A stretch of 64,000 bases of DNA from Rhina ancylostomus (taxonomy: Eukaryota): the NCBI GenBank assembly GCA_030265395.1, contig JARFYF010000104.1, forward strand, positions 57,896,858-57,960,857, given 5' to 3'. Positions 12,361 through 26,126 of this stretch are shown one piece after another (the stretch's first letter is position 1; every line of letters starts with the position of its first letter). The position numbers and the translations under genes were made by a program. The notes below the pieces were generated by a model. The model ran no database searches and had not been told where the DNA came from. It was given only the letters and a program-made list of their open reading frames with translations.

Positions 12361-15300
12361 TTCACCATTAATGTATGACCAGCTGAGGGGGATGAATGAC
12401 ATTCCAAAAAATACACTGGCATAACTTACAGTGCTGTTAGAACACATGCTTCACATGGATAGATGAAGGATAGGAGTTTAAATGCTGTTGCTGGATACCA
12501 TTAGGCGAATGGAATTGGATGGTCTTGGGGCAATATTCAACATTAAGTTATCCTGCCAACCTCAGTGGTTACAATTGATTTAAATTTTAAGCCCCCTTTG
12601 AGATCTGAGGTAATGCTGCATGCCCCTTATTTCCTGAGTTGCTAGGTTGCTAATGATGGGAAATGTATTGCACTTCATTTGTTTTCACATCATTAGCAAA
12701 CAGACATCCATATGGGAGAGACTTATAATGAAATAGCTTCTAGCGCTGGTGGAAACTTCACTGGTTAGAAAAACATGATTGGGTCTTGTGCCAAGCTATA
12801 CCAGTGCATGCCTGGATTATGGTGCATTTGCACTCAAAGATAGGACATCTGACCAGCAGACTGGAAGTCAACATTTCAAAGCTTTGTAATAAGTAAGAGT
12901 GATCTTTCCTGACTACAGGAACGTCCAATTATCTGCAGTGGTCTTAAAGAAGCAATTTAAAAAAAGATCAGTCGTCATTTTTCAACTTGATTTCTACATT
13001 GTTACTGAAAGTCTTTCTAAAAAACACAATACTTTTATAAATAGTTCAGTGACCTGGTCTAATTAATATTGCCAGTGCCATCATTTTGTAATCATGAACT
13101 AAATTAGGTGAAATCATGGGATCAAGTGTTAGGAGTAACACCACATTAATGACAAAGTGCTGACCTGTATCAGACTCTAAGAAACTCTCCAACTTTCTCC
13201 CAGCTGAAGTGATAGTAATAAACAACCAGTAGATGCTATCTCCAAATTCAATGGGTATCACCCCCTATCACCAACCACTCTCTCCTACCAACTGCTGACT
13301 TCATTGTGTGTAATCATTGTTGAAGGAATTCTCCATAATTCCCATCACCAAACAGCTTTCAAGTGGGAGAGTCACAAAGCAAAACACCTCATGAGTTGAT
13401 AATATTTATAATGTGTTCATAATGTAAAAATTGAGTTATGGCAATACATATTATCTAGAGAGGGGGAATACTTTGGACAGAAAATATTTATGCCCCACGT
13501 ATTGTTATTCATGTCAGTTTTCAAGACTCAGGATTTAATTTCTGCTCTTGGACTAAGTGCAATAGAAACACTTAAAGGAATGGAAGTACAGGATCACATA
13601 ATCTTATTGGATAGTGAAGTAGTGAAGTGGTTCAAGGGACTGGTGGTCTGCCCCTTTTTCTGTTCTTCTGCAATATTAACCTGCACTGAATTCCGATGGA
13701 TGAAATTTACACCCTCGTCCCCTTTTGTGGTATTGCTCCGTCCTTTCATTGTGACCTCCTTTGGTCCTTTATCTCCACACGACCAACTATCAGTCCCTAC
13801 CATCATTGGAAAAACACATCTTCCAATCTTCTTGTTGAGGCCTCTTAAGCATTTCCATTGTACCAACAAAAGACAGAGGTGACAGGATGGAGTAGAACAC
13901 ACATCACTTTTTTACCCTTATAAAATAACCACATATCTCCAGATTTTAGTAAACGTGCACACTTCAGAGCCATGACTTGTGTTTTCAACATGAAAAGAAT
14001 TGAGAGGTGCACTGCACATACAGCAGGGTATTTTTTACAGGATCAATGGTGATAATAATGTCAGAATCCACTGCTCATTTGCCTGCAAATAAATAATAAT
14101 TCACAACATGGTTTAAACTGGGACGCAGAAGTGGTATCTGGTGCTGCCTCTAGCTCAGGAGCAATTATTGACTGGATAATTTGTGGTACTCCTTTGAATG
14201 GAAGCTGCAAATTTGTTTAAAAACTCAGTTGTGAATACCTGCCAAAGGAAACAAAATCAATGGAAATCCTTCGCTTTATTTGATTAATGGTCCTGATGAG
14301 TTAGAAACTTTATCATCCAATACAGTATTAATGCATGCTTTAGAAGTTCTCTGGATTTGTGTGATTTATGAAGTGCACGATTTTCCTTCTGGTTCTCTGT
14401 TGTACCAATGCACATGAGCATACAAACATGTGCAGTTGCATCCATATGTGCAGCTGTTTGCCCATTCTGTAAAATTCACAGAATGCAAGGCTTGCTGCAG
14501 CATGATATAAAGGCAGGTCCCAGCCTACGGTCTCAGTGCTGGAATCTAGTTCCTGGTGGGTACATTTTAAGTCAAAAACGCTGTGGATCTTCCTTGGGCC
14601 CAAGAGCCCTCACACTCTGAAGCTCACGCCACCCCAGCAATCTATTGTGACACAAATTCCAAAAATCCCAAGCCCTATACTCTAACCCAATGCCTGGCCA
14701 TGTCCCTTCCTCCCCTATGGGCCACTCCAATATTTGTACCCCTTACCACCATCTCACCTAGATCTTTCACCTACCTATATTTTTCTACTCACTCCACAAA
14801 GTCCTGTCCTTTTTTTTTATATATACAAACTTTGCCACACCCACCACACATAGCACATTTAACACAAAACACCATGGTCCAAAGAATTTGTAGGCTGTGA
14901 CAAAACTCCAAAACACTTCTTTATCATCTATTTTTTTTCTCCGAAGCAGTGCCAGTCCTCTGTCCACATTTCCATCTGATAAGACTGACAGCCTGCTGTG
15001 TGTGTGAATTTTTGTTGCTAATAACTGACATCGAGCATGAATCTAACTTTTTAACACTAGTACAAATTACCTTTGGTTTTACATTAGTTCCCAATTTTTG
15101 TGATATATCTGTATCAGAGGAAGAGATGAAGCATTCTATTTGCAAATCAATTTTTTAAAAATTCGTGAAGTAGGAGTCAGTTTGTGGCAGCTGTCAGTTT
15201 GTGAATGATTTGAAGTAGTGGAGGTAGTCAATGAATTCCCCCCATCGTCTTTGCCAGCAAGAATATTGAAGTGGAGGGAGAACCTGGAATGGTTGAGAGT

Positions 15301-15793
15301 GAGATCAATATTAAGGTACAGAAACGGAAATGTTCGATGGGTATAGCTTTGAGACTGTGAGGAAAGAGGGAAAATTGCAGAACCCATGCATGCCTCGGCT
15401 GGGTTCAGATGGATGGGATTAGACAGTTGCTAAATGCAAGTTGACATGAGCATTATTAAAATGGAGCTCAACTTTGCATCTTCTCTCACTCACTTAAGTG
15501 AACATAAACAGCAATAGAAAGGACACCCCCATTAGTGCATTTTAAATGCCATCACCAACTTTTTTTTTGCTGATTGATTTCTTCCAGTTGCAGTCATGAT
15601 CTGTAAGTGTTTGCTGCTTTATAACGTTCTTTAAAGTTGGTAAAGTCTTTCGAGTTGGTCAGTAAAGATCTGCAAGTTCCAGTTGTGACTGTAATGCAGG
15701 TTGGGGACTGCAACGCCAGTGTCTGTTAAACTGGCCATAAACTTTTAAATGGCTGAGCCCCTCCAGGCTAGAGGAAGAAATGAAATACATTTT

Positions 15794-15851
15794 GCACGGT
15801 AGTGTAGCGATTAGTGTGACGCTGTTACAGCGCCAGCGATCGGGGTTCGAT
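15794..15851 (+). mobile_element. 5' head of a V-SINE (family of 10372-10665) running into a gap
   Basis: GCACGGTAGTGTAGCGATTAGTGTGACGCTGTTACAGCGCCAGCGATCGGGGTTCGAT is highly similar to 10375-10432. Confidence 0.9.
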
Positions 15852-17119
15852 NNNNNNNNNNNNNNNNNNNNNNNNNNNNNNNNNNNNNNNNNNNNNNNNN
15901 NNNNNNNNNNNNNNNNNNNNNNNNNNNNNNNNNNNNNNNNNNNNNNNNNNNNNNNNNNNNNNNNNNNNNNNNNNNNNNNNNNNNNNNNNNNNNNNNNNNN
16001 NNNNNNNNNNNNNNNNNNNNNNNNNNNNNNNNNNNNNNNNNNNNNNNNNNNNNNNNNNNNNNNNNNNNNNNNNNNNNNNNNNNNNNNNNNNNNNNNNNNN
16101 NNNNNNNNNNNNNNNNNNNNNNNNNNNNNNNNNNNNNNNNNNNNNNNNNNNNNNNNNNNNNNNNNNNNNNNNNNNNNNNNNNNNNNNNNNNNNNNNNNNN
16201 NNNNNNNNNNNNNNNNNNNNNNNNNNNNNNNNNNNNNNNNNNNNNNNNNNNNNNNNNNNNNNNNNNNNNNNNNNNNNNNNNNNNNNNNNNNNNNNNNNNN
16301 NNNNNNNNNNNNNNNNNNNNNNNNNNNNNNNNNNNNNNNNNNNNNNTCCACAGAGAATTCAAATGATTGCAGTTCCAGTAACCACAATCACAGATGCCCC
16401 TGTTCACCAATGGTCCCAAACCTTCTCTTCCATCCACTGCTCTCTCCATGGCAATAGTGCAGAACTAAAAACCAATGCAACCTAAACTCAAAATAATCTA
16501 AGAGTCACTTTCCTGTGATGTCATTCTTCAATGCCAGACTAAGTTCCAGAATGCTAGTCACTAAGTGTAGCTAGCTGTAAATGGAGGACAGATGCACGTC
16601 TGAGAGGGTCACAGGTGAACAATTTCTGCCCTCCATGCAATTACCTGTTCATTCAAAATACTCCAAATACTAAAAAGCCTTCTGTTGATCTTTTAAACTT
16701 ATAGAATAAGTAAACATTAATGAAGTAGAAACACATACAGGGAAAAATATACAAAATGCACAAGGTGAATAATCACAAAGGCGCTACACTGCCAATAGTG
16801 ACTACGATCAGTACAAAGAACCAGAAAACGTTTTGTTTAGAATTATACTCTCATGTAACATGTCACCTTTAAAAACACCACATGCAACAATTATTAATAA
16901 AATATTTCAGGACCATGCCCAATTAATAAAAGCCATCCTTTTTTGGAAGCATTTTCTGGAGCTGTTGGAATGGTAATTGGCACCATATGTCCAGACCTCT
17001 CCCTGGCAATGTATTCTCTTTAAACACACAGTTCAGAAATATCTATGCTTCTCTGTTTCTGGCTCTTGATTATCTCTGAATGTAATTCTTCCACTGTTGA
17101 TAGTCAACACCAAAATTCC

Positions 17120-17290
17120 CTCTCTTTCCTCCTTTAAGATATTCCACAACCTTACAATTTGGACCTAGCTTTTGGCCATCTGCCCTAATGTCTCGTGACC
17201 TAGTGTGAAATTTAATTTGATTACAATCTTGTGAAGTGTCAAGGAACATTTTACTATATTAAAAGTTCTTCAAAAATGTGAGCTATTATT
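17120..17290 (+). mobile_element. L2-clade LINE 3' tail
   Basis: CTTTCCTCCTTTAAGA...AGCTTTTGGCCATCTGCCCTAATGTCTC...TGTGAAGTGTC...TTTTACTATATTAAAAG. Confidence 0.6.
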
Positions 17291-17429
17291 TGGCACTCTT
17301 TACTTGAGAAATTAATGAAACCTACAAAGAAGCCTTGGTTTTCTGTATTCATTCCTTTCTTGGGATGAATCACTGATATTTCTTGCCAGTTCCCAAAGGC
17401 CTTTGATATGTTGATGAAACGCTGCTGTC

Positions 17430-18485
17430 TTTATAATGCATGTGCTCCCACAATGCTGTTGGATTGGAGGAATAATGATATTAAAGGAATAATATGTTTC
17501 CAAGTCAAGATGCTGAGCAACACTTTGAGGGAAACCTGCACATATCCTGATCCTTCTTGGTGATAGAGGTAGAAGGTTTGGGACATGATCTTGAAACAGC
17601 CAAGCAAATTAACAACATCGCATTTTACAGGAGGTATGCACTCCACTTACAGTTCACCGGTGATGGAAGGAATGAATATATAGGGTGGTGGTTGGGTGCC
17701 AATTTTGTTCTGGCAAGTGGAGAATATTTCATCACACTCCTGACTTGTGCCTCCTAGCTGGTGCAAAGGCCTTGGAAGTGTCAGGAGGTGAGTTATTTAC
17801 TGCAGGATACTTAGCCTCTGACCTGCTCTCAGAGACACAGTATTTGCCTGGGAAGTCTAGTTGATTTTCTGGTCAGTGGTGAACCCTCAGATTTTGATTA
17901 TGGAGAACTCAGCAGTGGTCGTGCCATTGAACATCAGGGGCAGGTGGTTAGACTATCTCCTGTCACTGCCTGGCACTTCTAGTACAAAAAGGATATGTCA
18001 ATTATCAACCCATACCAAAATGACATCCAGGTCTTGCTGCATGCAAGAATGGACTTCTTCATTCGCTGAATGGAATCCAATATTGTGCCATCAGCAACAA
18101 GCACCCCCACCTTACCTTATGATGGGAGGTAGGTTATTAATGAAGAGCAGAAGATGATTGGGTCTAGAACACCGCACTGAGGAACTCCTGCAAAGTCCTG
18201 AGGCTGGGATTATTGACTTTCAACAACCACACTATCTTCCTTTGTGTAACATATGACTCCAATCAATTGTGTGTTTCTCCCCAGTGCTTATTGGCTTCAG
18301 TTTTACCAGATCGCCTTGATGTCGGACTCAGTCAAATGCTACTTTAATGTCTTATCTCACATCAGGAATTCAGCTCTTTTGGTCACTTTTTGGGCAAAGG
18401 CTAAATTGAGATCTGCAGCTGAGTGGTCTCAGTGAAATCCAAATTAGACATTACTGATTAGATTACTGACAAGTACGTGCTATGT
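17430..18485 (-). mobile_element. Degenerate CR1-clade LINE, second family (RT C-terminus)
   Basis: Colinear with 18630-19460 (TCCTGACTTGTGCC, TCCAGGTCTTGCTGCATG, ACCTTATGATG). Confidence 0.75.
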
Positions 18486-18489
18486 AATA

Positions 18490-18618
18490 ACATGATAGAA
18501 AAAAATGGGGGCTATGTGGGAGGGAAGGGTTAGATAGATCTTAGAGCAGGATAAAATGTTGGCACAACATTGTGGGCCGAAGGGCTTATACTGTGTTGTA
18601 GTGTCCTATATTCAATGA
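18490..18618 (+). mobile_element. Short CR1 3' end
   Basis: GGCACAACATTGTGGGCCGAAGGGC...TACTGTGTTGTAGTGTCCTAT, a typical chondrichthyan CR1 terminus. Confidence 0.8.
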
Positions 18619-18629
18619 CATCTTCCATT

Positions 18630-19990
18630 TTTTAAAATTCATTTTTGGTGCCTGGGCATTGTTGGTAAAGCCAGCATTTATTGCCCATCACTAATTGCCC
18701 TTGAGAGGGTGGTGGCAAGCTGTCTTCTTAAACTACTGCCATCATTTTAGGGGAGGTACTCCCACAATGCTCTTGAGTAGTGAGTTCCAGGATTTAGACC
18801 CAGTGACAATGAAGGACCAGAGATGTATTTCCAAATCAGGATAGTATGTGACTTGGAGAGGAACGTGTAGATAATGGAAATCCCATGCCCCCATTGTCCT
18901 TGTCCTTCTTTGGTAGTAGAGATCACAGGATGGTAGGTGCTGTTGGAATAACCTGGGCAAGCAACCACAATGCATTCTGTAGATGGTACACATTGTAGCC
19001 ACAGTGCACTGGTGGTGGAAGGAGTGAACTTTCAGGGTGGTTGACAGGATGCCAATTAAGAGATTGCTTTATCTTGGTAATGAGCTTCTCAAAAGTTATT
19101 GGCACTACGTTCATCCAGGCAAGCAGAGAGTATTCCAACATAATCCTGACTTGTGCCTTGTAGATAGTATTTGTGTGGCAGATGCAATTGTGCTTTTTGT
19201 AAATGGTGACTTGCAAGATATTGATCATTGGGAAATCATCCATAATAATTCCACTGAATGTCATGGGTAGGTGGTGAGTAGGTGGTCACTGCCCCACACA
19301 TATGTGGTGCAAATGTTATTTGCCACTTATTAGCCCATGCCTGAATGATGTCCAGGTCTTGCTGCATGTAAGCATGGGCTGCTTCATTTACTGAGGAGTT
19401 GCAAATGAAATTGAACATTCCCACTTTTGACCTTATGATGAAGGGAAGTCATTCATTTGTTGATGACTGAGGATAAACTACTAGGCAGTAATTCACCAGA
19501 GAAGAGACACAAGAGACTGCAGATGCTGGAATCTGGAGCAACACATAATGTGCTGGAGGAACTCAGCAGGCCATGCAACACTGGTGGGAGGAACAAAATT
19601 GACGATGTTTCAGGTCAAAACCCTGCATTAGGACTGAGAATGGAGAGGCATAAAGAGAGTACAGCAAAAAGAGAGTAATCCACCAGATTGGATTTGTGCT
19701 GCTTTTATGGACAGAGCATACCTGGGCAATCCTCTGCATTGTCAGGTTGACGATAGAGTTGCAGCCATATTGGAACAACTCGGTTAGAGGTGTGGATAGT
19801 TCTGGAGCACCTTTAATTTTAGATGGGTGGTCCCCATGACTTTTGCAGTATTTAATACTCTCAGGTATTTCTTGATATTACGTGGAGCAAATCAAATTGG
19901 CAGAAGACTGTTTTCTATGATGGTGGGGACTTTGCAAGGAAACAGAGGTGAATCATCCATTTGGCCTTTTCAACTCAGTGACAACATTCA
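18630..19990 (-). mobile_element. CR1-clade LINE, second family, 3' part; interrupted by a Penelope repeat
   Basis: ORFs TIYKAQVRIMLEYSLLAWM (18923-19264), MQQDLDIIQAWANKWQITFAP (19236-19424), SFIVTGSKSWNSL (18742-19002). Confidence 0.85.
19503..19675 (-). mobile_element. Penelope terminal repeat with decayed hammerhead core
   Basis: Minus strand CTAATGCAGGGTTTTGACCTGAAAC followed by the CTGCTGAGTTCCTCCAGCA...GATTCCAGCATCTGCAG unit. Confidence 0.8.
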
Positions 19991-22504
19991 TGTTGAGTCA
20001 GAAGCAGTAGACTCCAGTTCTGCTCCATAGTCTCAAACTCAATCTAGGTTGACATGAAAATATGGTATTTTTGGATGAGATAATGAACTAAAATCCTAAC
20101 TACTCTCTCAGGTAAACAAAAAGATCCATTTCTGCTATTCATCACAATGTGGTGTTGTAGAAAACAGTGAGAGAAAAACATTCATGTCCTCCCATCATTT
20201 TGTCTTGAATTCAGGTGAAAAGAAGCTTCTACCACAGAAGAACAGGTCTGATGGTTAAGTACATAGTCATGTGTCAAAGGGTTCAGCAGAGGAACAAAAG
20301 GCAGGCTGTGTTGCAAATTCAAATTACAGGGCTGCTTTATGCTACCAGGATTGGCGAATTTCAGTCCCCACTGCACTTTTTAAAAGCAGGGTCTATGCAT
20401 TTGCAATGGCTGAGTGTGAAACTATGACTTTATTACATTTTTTAAGGCTTCTCTTAACTAGTGATTACCTTGTGTCTGCACAAATAGGATTATTACTGCA
20501 CGTCCAGAAAAGTGAAGATGGCATCTTATGGAGGAAGATGACCTGTAGCTGAGAGGAGGGATCACCTATGTTTGTAGAACATCTTCAGTTCAATTTTTTA
20601 CGAGTATTATCATTATTGTTGCTTATTGAAAGGAAATTGTCTAATTTATTGAAGAAGATTTAAGTTATCAAACACAAAATTACTTATTTGTGCAGAGCTT
20701 GTGGAGGTGTTAATTTACCAGCGCAATTTGTGAACAAATCAATCAAGGTTTATTTGCCATTTACTGAGCAGAGCCAGATGGAGGCAATTTATGACGATGA
20801 ATTGATTAGTTTGTAAAGTACAGCTCAATGTAATTTATTGACTGTAGCTTGTTGCTCCAACTTTGGGCCTCAGATTGCCCCTGAATGACTCCTTTCCTGT
20901 CATCACCAGTCATATATTTTGACANNNNNNNNNNNNNNNNNNNNNNNNNNNNNNNNNNNNNNNNNNNNNNNNNNNNNNNNNNNNNNNNNNNNNNNNNNNN
21001 NNNNNNNNNNNNNNNNNNNNNNNNGTAATAACCAGTCATATATTTTGAAATTTCATCTTTTCTTTATTCCACTTGAATCCAATTTCACTGTAAACCTAGC
21101 CTCTCCAAAACAGATCAAATTCTTGCTTTTTCACATTGTAAACTTAAAGATTAAACAAGATTAAGAGTCAATATGATCAAAGGAAATTGGATAGTTAAAC
21201 AAAAAGTGGGAAAGGGTAAAGGTCACCTTTTCAATATATGGTTGTTGAATGCATGTGAAATCATTATACTTAACCAAATGTGTGAAGAATTTTTTTTAAA
21301 GCAGCAGACAAAATTTCTTAAATAGAGCTGCAGTTGCAAATAGCCTAGACTGAAATGCAGTTAAATATTGCTCTGTGAATAATACAACAACACTTGCATG
21401 CTTTTCACTTCCCCTTCTCAATTTGAGAAAGCAGCAGCATGCATATAGAAAGCAAGAATGAGACTAATCTCAATTTTATTGTCAAGTCACATACTAAATC
21501 AAATTTTTTTGGGATTATGTGGTGCTTATTCATGCTCTTTTTAAAGCAGATATACACACATACATACACACACACACACTGATCCACTCTAGTCCCTGAA
21601 CATCTTTAGTTGAGTATTGACAAGCACTTAATGATCCACCTGCAGCAGCAAGTTTTTGTAGCTGTCAGCTGATTGGAAAAAAAATGGATGGAAAAATCAA
21701 CTGCATTGGCATTGACATGGTCCCACAGTGGGAAAATCTATTCCACCTGCACTCACTTTTATGTTAAGATAAAATATATATACAGGAACACACAAAATGT
21801 GTTTATGCATCAGTACACACATTCTGATTACATTTGGTACGATAGTGTAGTGGTTATTTACTGCACCAGTAACCTTGAGGCATTGACTATGAACATGAAC
21901 ATGAGCATGAACTCAAATTTCAACTTGCAAGTTTAAGAATTTTAATTTTGTTTTTAGAAAAACTATCAATGTATTATTTTGAAATATCAGAGAAAGTTGG
22001 ATTCTTGCAAAAGTCAAACCCAGACCACACCAATGTGACTGACTCTTACTGTCCCTCTATTATCCAGCACCAAAGTGCATGGTCCATTTCTCTCTGGAGC
22101 AGGCCTCACCTTTTACAGCAAAACCCAAGTACTGCAGGGCCATCTTTTTGGCTAGCTTTGATCACCTGAGTGGGTCAACGAGGAATTTCTGATTTAGCCC
22201 TAGACGGTTTCTGTATCTGGGGGTATTTTATAATTTTTTTTGCAGGGTAAAGATTCCCGTTTGTGGAAATGAAACAGGAAACTACGGCGTAAATAAACTT
22301 TGACATGCTGAAGAAGTGCTGCAGATAAGGAGACTTTTATACAAAATGTCCTAATTTCTAGTCAATTGACTCCACAAAAAAAAGGCAGAATAGTCAGCCA
22401 ATCCAACACAATCTGTTCTGTGTTCCTGTTAAAGCTGAAGTTCACATTCTTGGAGGCAAAATCCTTTCATTTGAGAACACAAAGTTAAATATTAATTGGA
22501 TTAA

Positions 22505-22740
22505 TCATAGCATCTTAGAGCAAAAGAGACCATTTAATCCATTCCATCAGTACCAGCTCTTTGAAAGAACTATCCATTTAGTTCCCATTTCTCTAAGTCT
22601 TTTCCTCTGTGGCCTTGCAATCAAATACATATCTAATTCCCTTTCAAAAGTTGTTATTAAATCTTCTTCCATCAATTCCTTGGGCAGTACATTCCTGATC
22701 ATAACTAACTGTGTATAAATAAATGCTCTTTCACCAAATG
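22505..22740 (-). mobile_element. Degenerate CR1 3' end
   Basis: ORF 22547-22774 (NVLPKELMEEDLITTFERELDMYL) corresponds to the CR1 ORF2 C-terminal WNxLP...FKxxLD motif. Confidence 0.75.
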
Positions 22741-23059
22741 CTTTTATTTTCCTATGATGAACTAAGCCTTTCATGTTTTTGAAGCAAGGATCTATTTTGC
22801 AATGAGTTTTGTCAATTACAAACCAATTTCAGGTGAACATGTTTCTAAGGCATAAAATTGATCATACGGTTCAATTTTAAGATGGTATACAATGGCAAGT
22901 TGCCATAAGGGTGGCTCATATGGCAAATTGAAAGGTGGTTTGATGCACTAAGGTGAACGTCGAGGGACCGTTTCCATGGTGCTCTTGCATTCATGTTAGA
23001 AATACTTTTTGGAAGGCTCCAGAAAAAAAAAATCACATGGAATAACACGGTGAATGGAA

Positions 23060-23370
23060 CCATGGCACAGTGGTTCATGTTACTAGGCTAGTCATCCAAG
23101 TATGCCTTGTTTAATGATCTAGAAAAATTACAAATCCCACCATGGCAGCTGTGGACTGCAGTTAATTATTTAATTATGAATTAAGTACTTATGTCAGAAA
23201 TAGTGACCATGTAACTGCCAGATTGTAGAAAATACCTATTTGGTTCATTGATGTCCTTTAGAGAAAGAAAGTTGACATCCCCATCTGGCCTGGCCTGACT
23301 CCAAATTCAAAACTAAAGTGTCTGCCCTCTGAAGTGGTGTTGCAAGGCAATCCATTGGCATTTGCTATTC
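23060..23370 (+). mobile_element. tRNA-derived SINE with a SlmI/MetaSINE-like central domain
   Basis: Head TGGCACAGTGGTT...CAAATCCCACCATGGCAG; core TGGTTCATTGATGTCCTTTAGAGAAAGAAA...TGACTCCA...TGCCCTCTGAAG; family name from recall. Confidence 0.65.
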
Positions 23371-24989
23371 TCGACAAAGTATAACAAGATTAACACTGGA
23401 AAGATGCTGACAAAATCAAAAGACACATGTAGCCCAGTTTACTCTGCAAAGTCTTTCCCACAAACATCTGGGGATTTGGCCCCCAATAAAGAAAGTTGAC
23501 AGAAGACAGAAGAGAAGAGCATGACAGAGCCATACTCGCAGAATATTGCACTGAGCTAACTTGTGCATCACGATCCCTTGATACTTTCTGCCTCTCTGCC
23601 AATACAGACCCACTGCTGTAAGCGCCAGGGAAAAAAAAACTGGAAGGTGATGGACTTGAGGATCTAATTACAGATAGCAATAAATTTCAAAAGCCAAAAA
23701 TACAAGCTTACCGTGTACCCCTGCGTTCCTAGAAAACAAACAGTATCACATTTTCCTCAATGCAACCCCTTTTTCCCTGTTGAATCCCATGTTATAAGTG
23801 GAAATATATTCTTACAGGAAGTTTTTCTCTCAACAGTAATGCCCCAACTGCTGCACGATCTATAGACAAGGGATTTCTGCTTATATTGTAGGCAGAAGAG
23901 AAAGTGCTGTTGTTTTAATTTACTAGATATGGATGTTATATTGTTCAATAAAGTATCATTGTACAAGCATCAGTAGAAGGGATTGCCTTGTCAGTTTCCA
24001 AAGCAAATCTCTTAAGCAGCCTCCTACTGTGAGCCGGCAGCCTGCAATCCTTGTTCAAGTATCAACAGAAGAGAGTGCCTTGTCGGTTTCCAAAACAAAT
24101 CCCTTCAATGGCCTCCTGCTGTAAACTGGCAGCATGTGCACATTGTCCTTGGTAAACTAGTTCAGTTTTCTCTATACGTGTTGTATTTATTTACTTTACA
24201 TAAATTCTGTGAATTTATTATTCAAAAGAATAATAAATTATAAGAGCAAATTTTTATTCCATATCTTAAACTTCTTAGTAGTGATTTGTGAATTTCATAA
24301 GGGTGGAATTTCATTACCTGAATTGCCATACGATGGAGGTGCACACTGTATTCACTCTTGAACTGTTAAAAGTCAACCTCATCCTCATATGCTCTCTAGT
24401 TATTTTGCAAGTTGTGCCATGCTTGTTCATTTAGAATGATAGACAGAATCCTGCTTTGCTGATATACTGGGTGGCAATAAAAGGGCTATAAATGAAGTCC
24501 AAAATATTTTTGGTAGTTTTCACAGAATCTTGTATTGGGATTCAGCACTGGCCTAACCAAAACATGGCTTATAGTGGAGGAGGAGCACCAACCAAAACAT
24601 TGCAAATCCCAGGTTGCCTTATCCCATACACACTGATGCAAGCTGGAATGGTAAGTGGAAGCAGAACACTTCTGGATCCCTGAAGTACTCCCTCCAAAAC
24701 CTCCTCCCCTCCTCTTGCTTCCCCCAAACCCTAGTGCATTTTGAATTACAAAAGGAGAACCGTGAAAGGCTGGGAGATAAAATTGATGAATAAAATCTGG
24801 CAGTGTCTCAAACTCAGCACACTGCTGGACATTGTGGGATTTTAGGGAGTGCCAGAGACCAGGTTCAGACATATCCCGACAAGTAAACCAGGATATCATA
24901 TCCCCTGGCTCTTTCACTGTCAGTTAAAAATGTAAATTCTTAAAATTTAGAACACCTAGTTATGCAGTGCTTTCCATTTCCTACAACAC

Positions 24990-25360
24990 CACCTCATCCA
25001 CCCCCCACCCCAATGCACTTCACAACCAAGGAACCACTTTTGAATAACAGGCACTGTCGTTACGATGTACATTCATTTTGACAAACACAGATGACTAGTC
25101 TGTGTACTTTGATTGTGACTGTTGAGAGATGAATGTTGGCAAAAACACCAGAGTTCCCTGGTTTTCAGTTTTATTTTTAGAGCATCTTTTGTGAAAGCAA
25201 ACAAGTTCTCATCTTAACATCCATTAGTCTCAATCTACAACATCACAGCATTCTTCTAGTGCTACACCAGGACACCCAGAGGGACTATGTCAAGATCAGA
25301 TCCCTAGTATACTTTAAACCACTGCCTTACTCAAAGTTGACGGTGCTAGAAACTAAGATA
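24990..25360 (-). mobile_element. Very degenerate Deu-domain SINE
   Basis: GTTGAGAGATGAATGTTGGCAAAAACACCAGAG is the reverse complement of the Deu core seen at 40676-40710 and 46570-46600. Confidence 0.55.
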
Positions 25361-25419
25361 AAATCTATGAAGTGTGCACAGATGATGAATTATTATACAT
25401 GGCTGATATTTTATAATGC

Positions 25420-25455
25420 GACTTTAAATACCTGTCTGACTTTAAATACCTGTCT
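25420..25455. repeat. Perfect 18-bp tandem duplication
   Basis: GACTTTAAATACCTGTCT x2. Confidence 0.9.
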
Positions 25456-26126
25456 CCTGCTTACATTATACAAGAGTAAAAGTATTCATCCCAGATATAC
25501 AAAAGAAATGGTGACCTGTTTGGTTATTTAGCCAATCAGTAACCTGATTTGGAATTGGACATATTTGCCAAAAAGTAAATTAAAATAATTTGTTGTCAGA
25601 TGCCAACCATAGTCATCCCTGCAATTTTGTTTTATTAGCATATATTCAATGAAGTGTTGAGAAGTTTTATGCCAGTCCCATAATCATGAAAACTTGCATT
25701 CCTAAAGAATGGTGCTTGATATTGATGCTATATTCTTATTCACAAGAACAATTTCCACTCTCCTCCACCACCTCATCTCTGAACAGCAATATGTAGAACA
25801 AGCATGATACTGGTACCTCAACATTCATCTATCAAGGAAGCTTGGAGCAACTTTTAATTTCCCTGTAGTGCACAGAAAATAATGACATCCTTTCCTACAC
25901 TATTTCACAGTAAATTCACCATGAACAAAAATAAAGTTTTCCAGGAGTTCATTTTCTTCCATATTATTTTTTAAGGGTGGCTCAAAAAATTGTTAGATAC
26001 TTCATAAATCACCAGGTATTAAATAACACAAGAACACAAAAGAGCAGGTCATTTCGACCCACTTAATTTCACATTTTTCCCTTCATCCTAGATTGCCTAA
26101 GCAGTGCAAATAGTGGTAATTTTATT

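Noticed and set aside
15659-16457. Long ORFs of 212-242 aa (likewise 53689-54191 and others containing X runs)
   Set aside because: Artefacts of translating through N gaps.
24526-24650. AG...GTAAGT-bounded 125-nt open segment (+)
   Set aside because: Unrecognisable peptide and a competing AG in the tract; compatible with chance.
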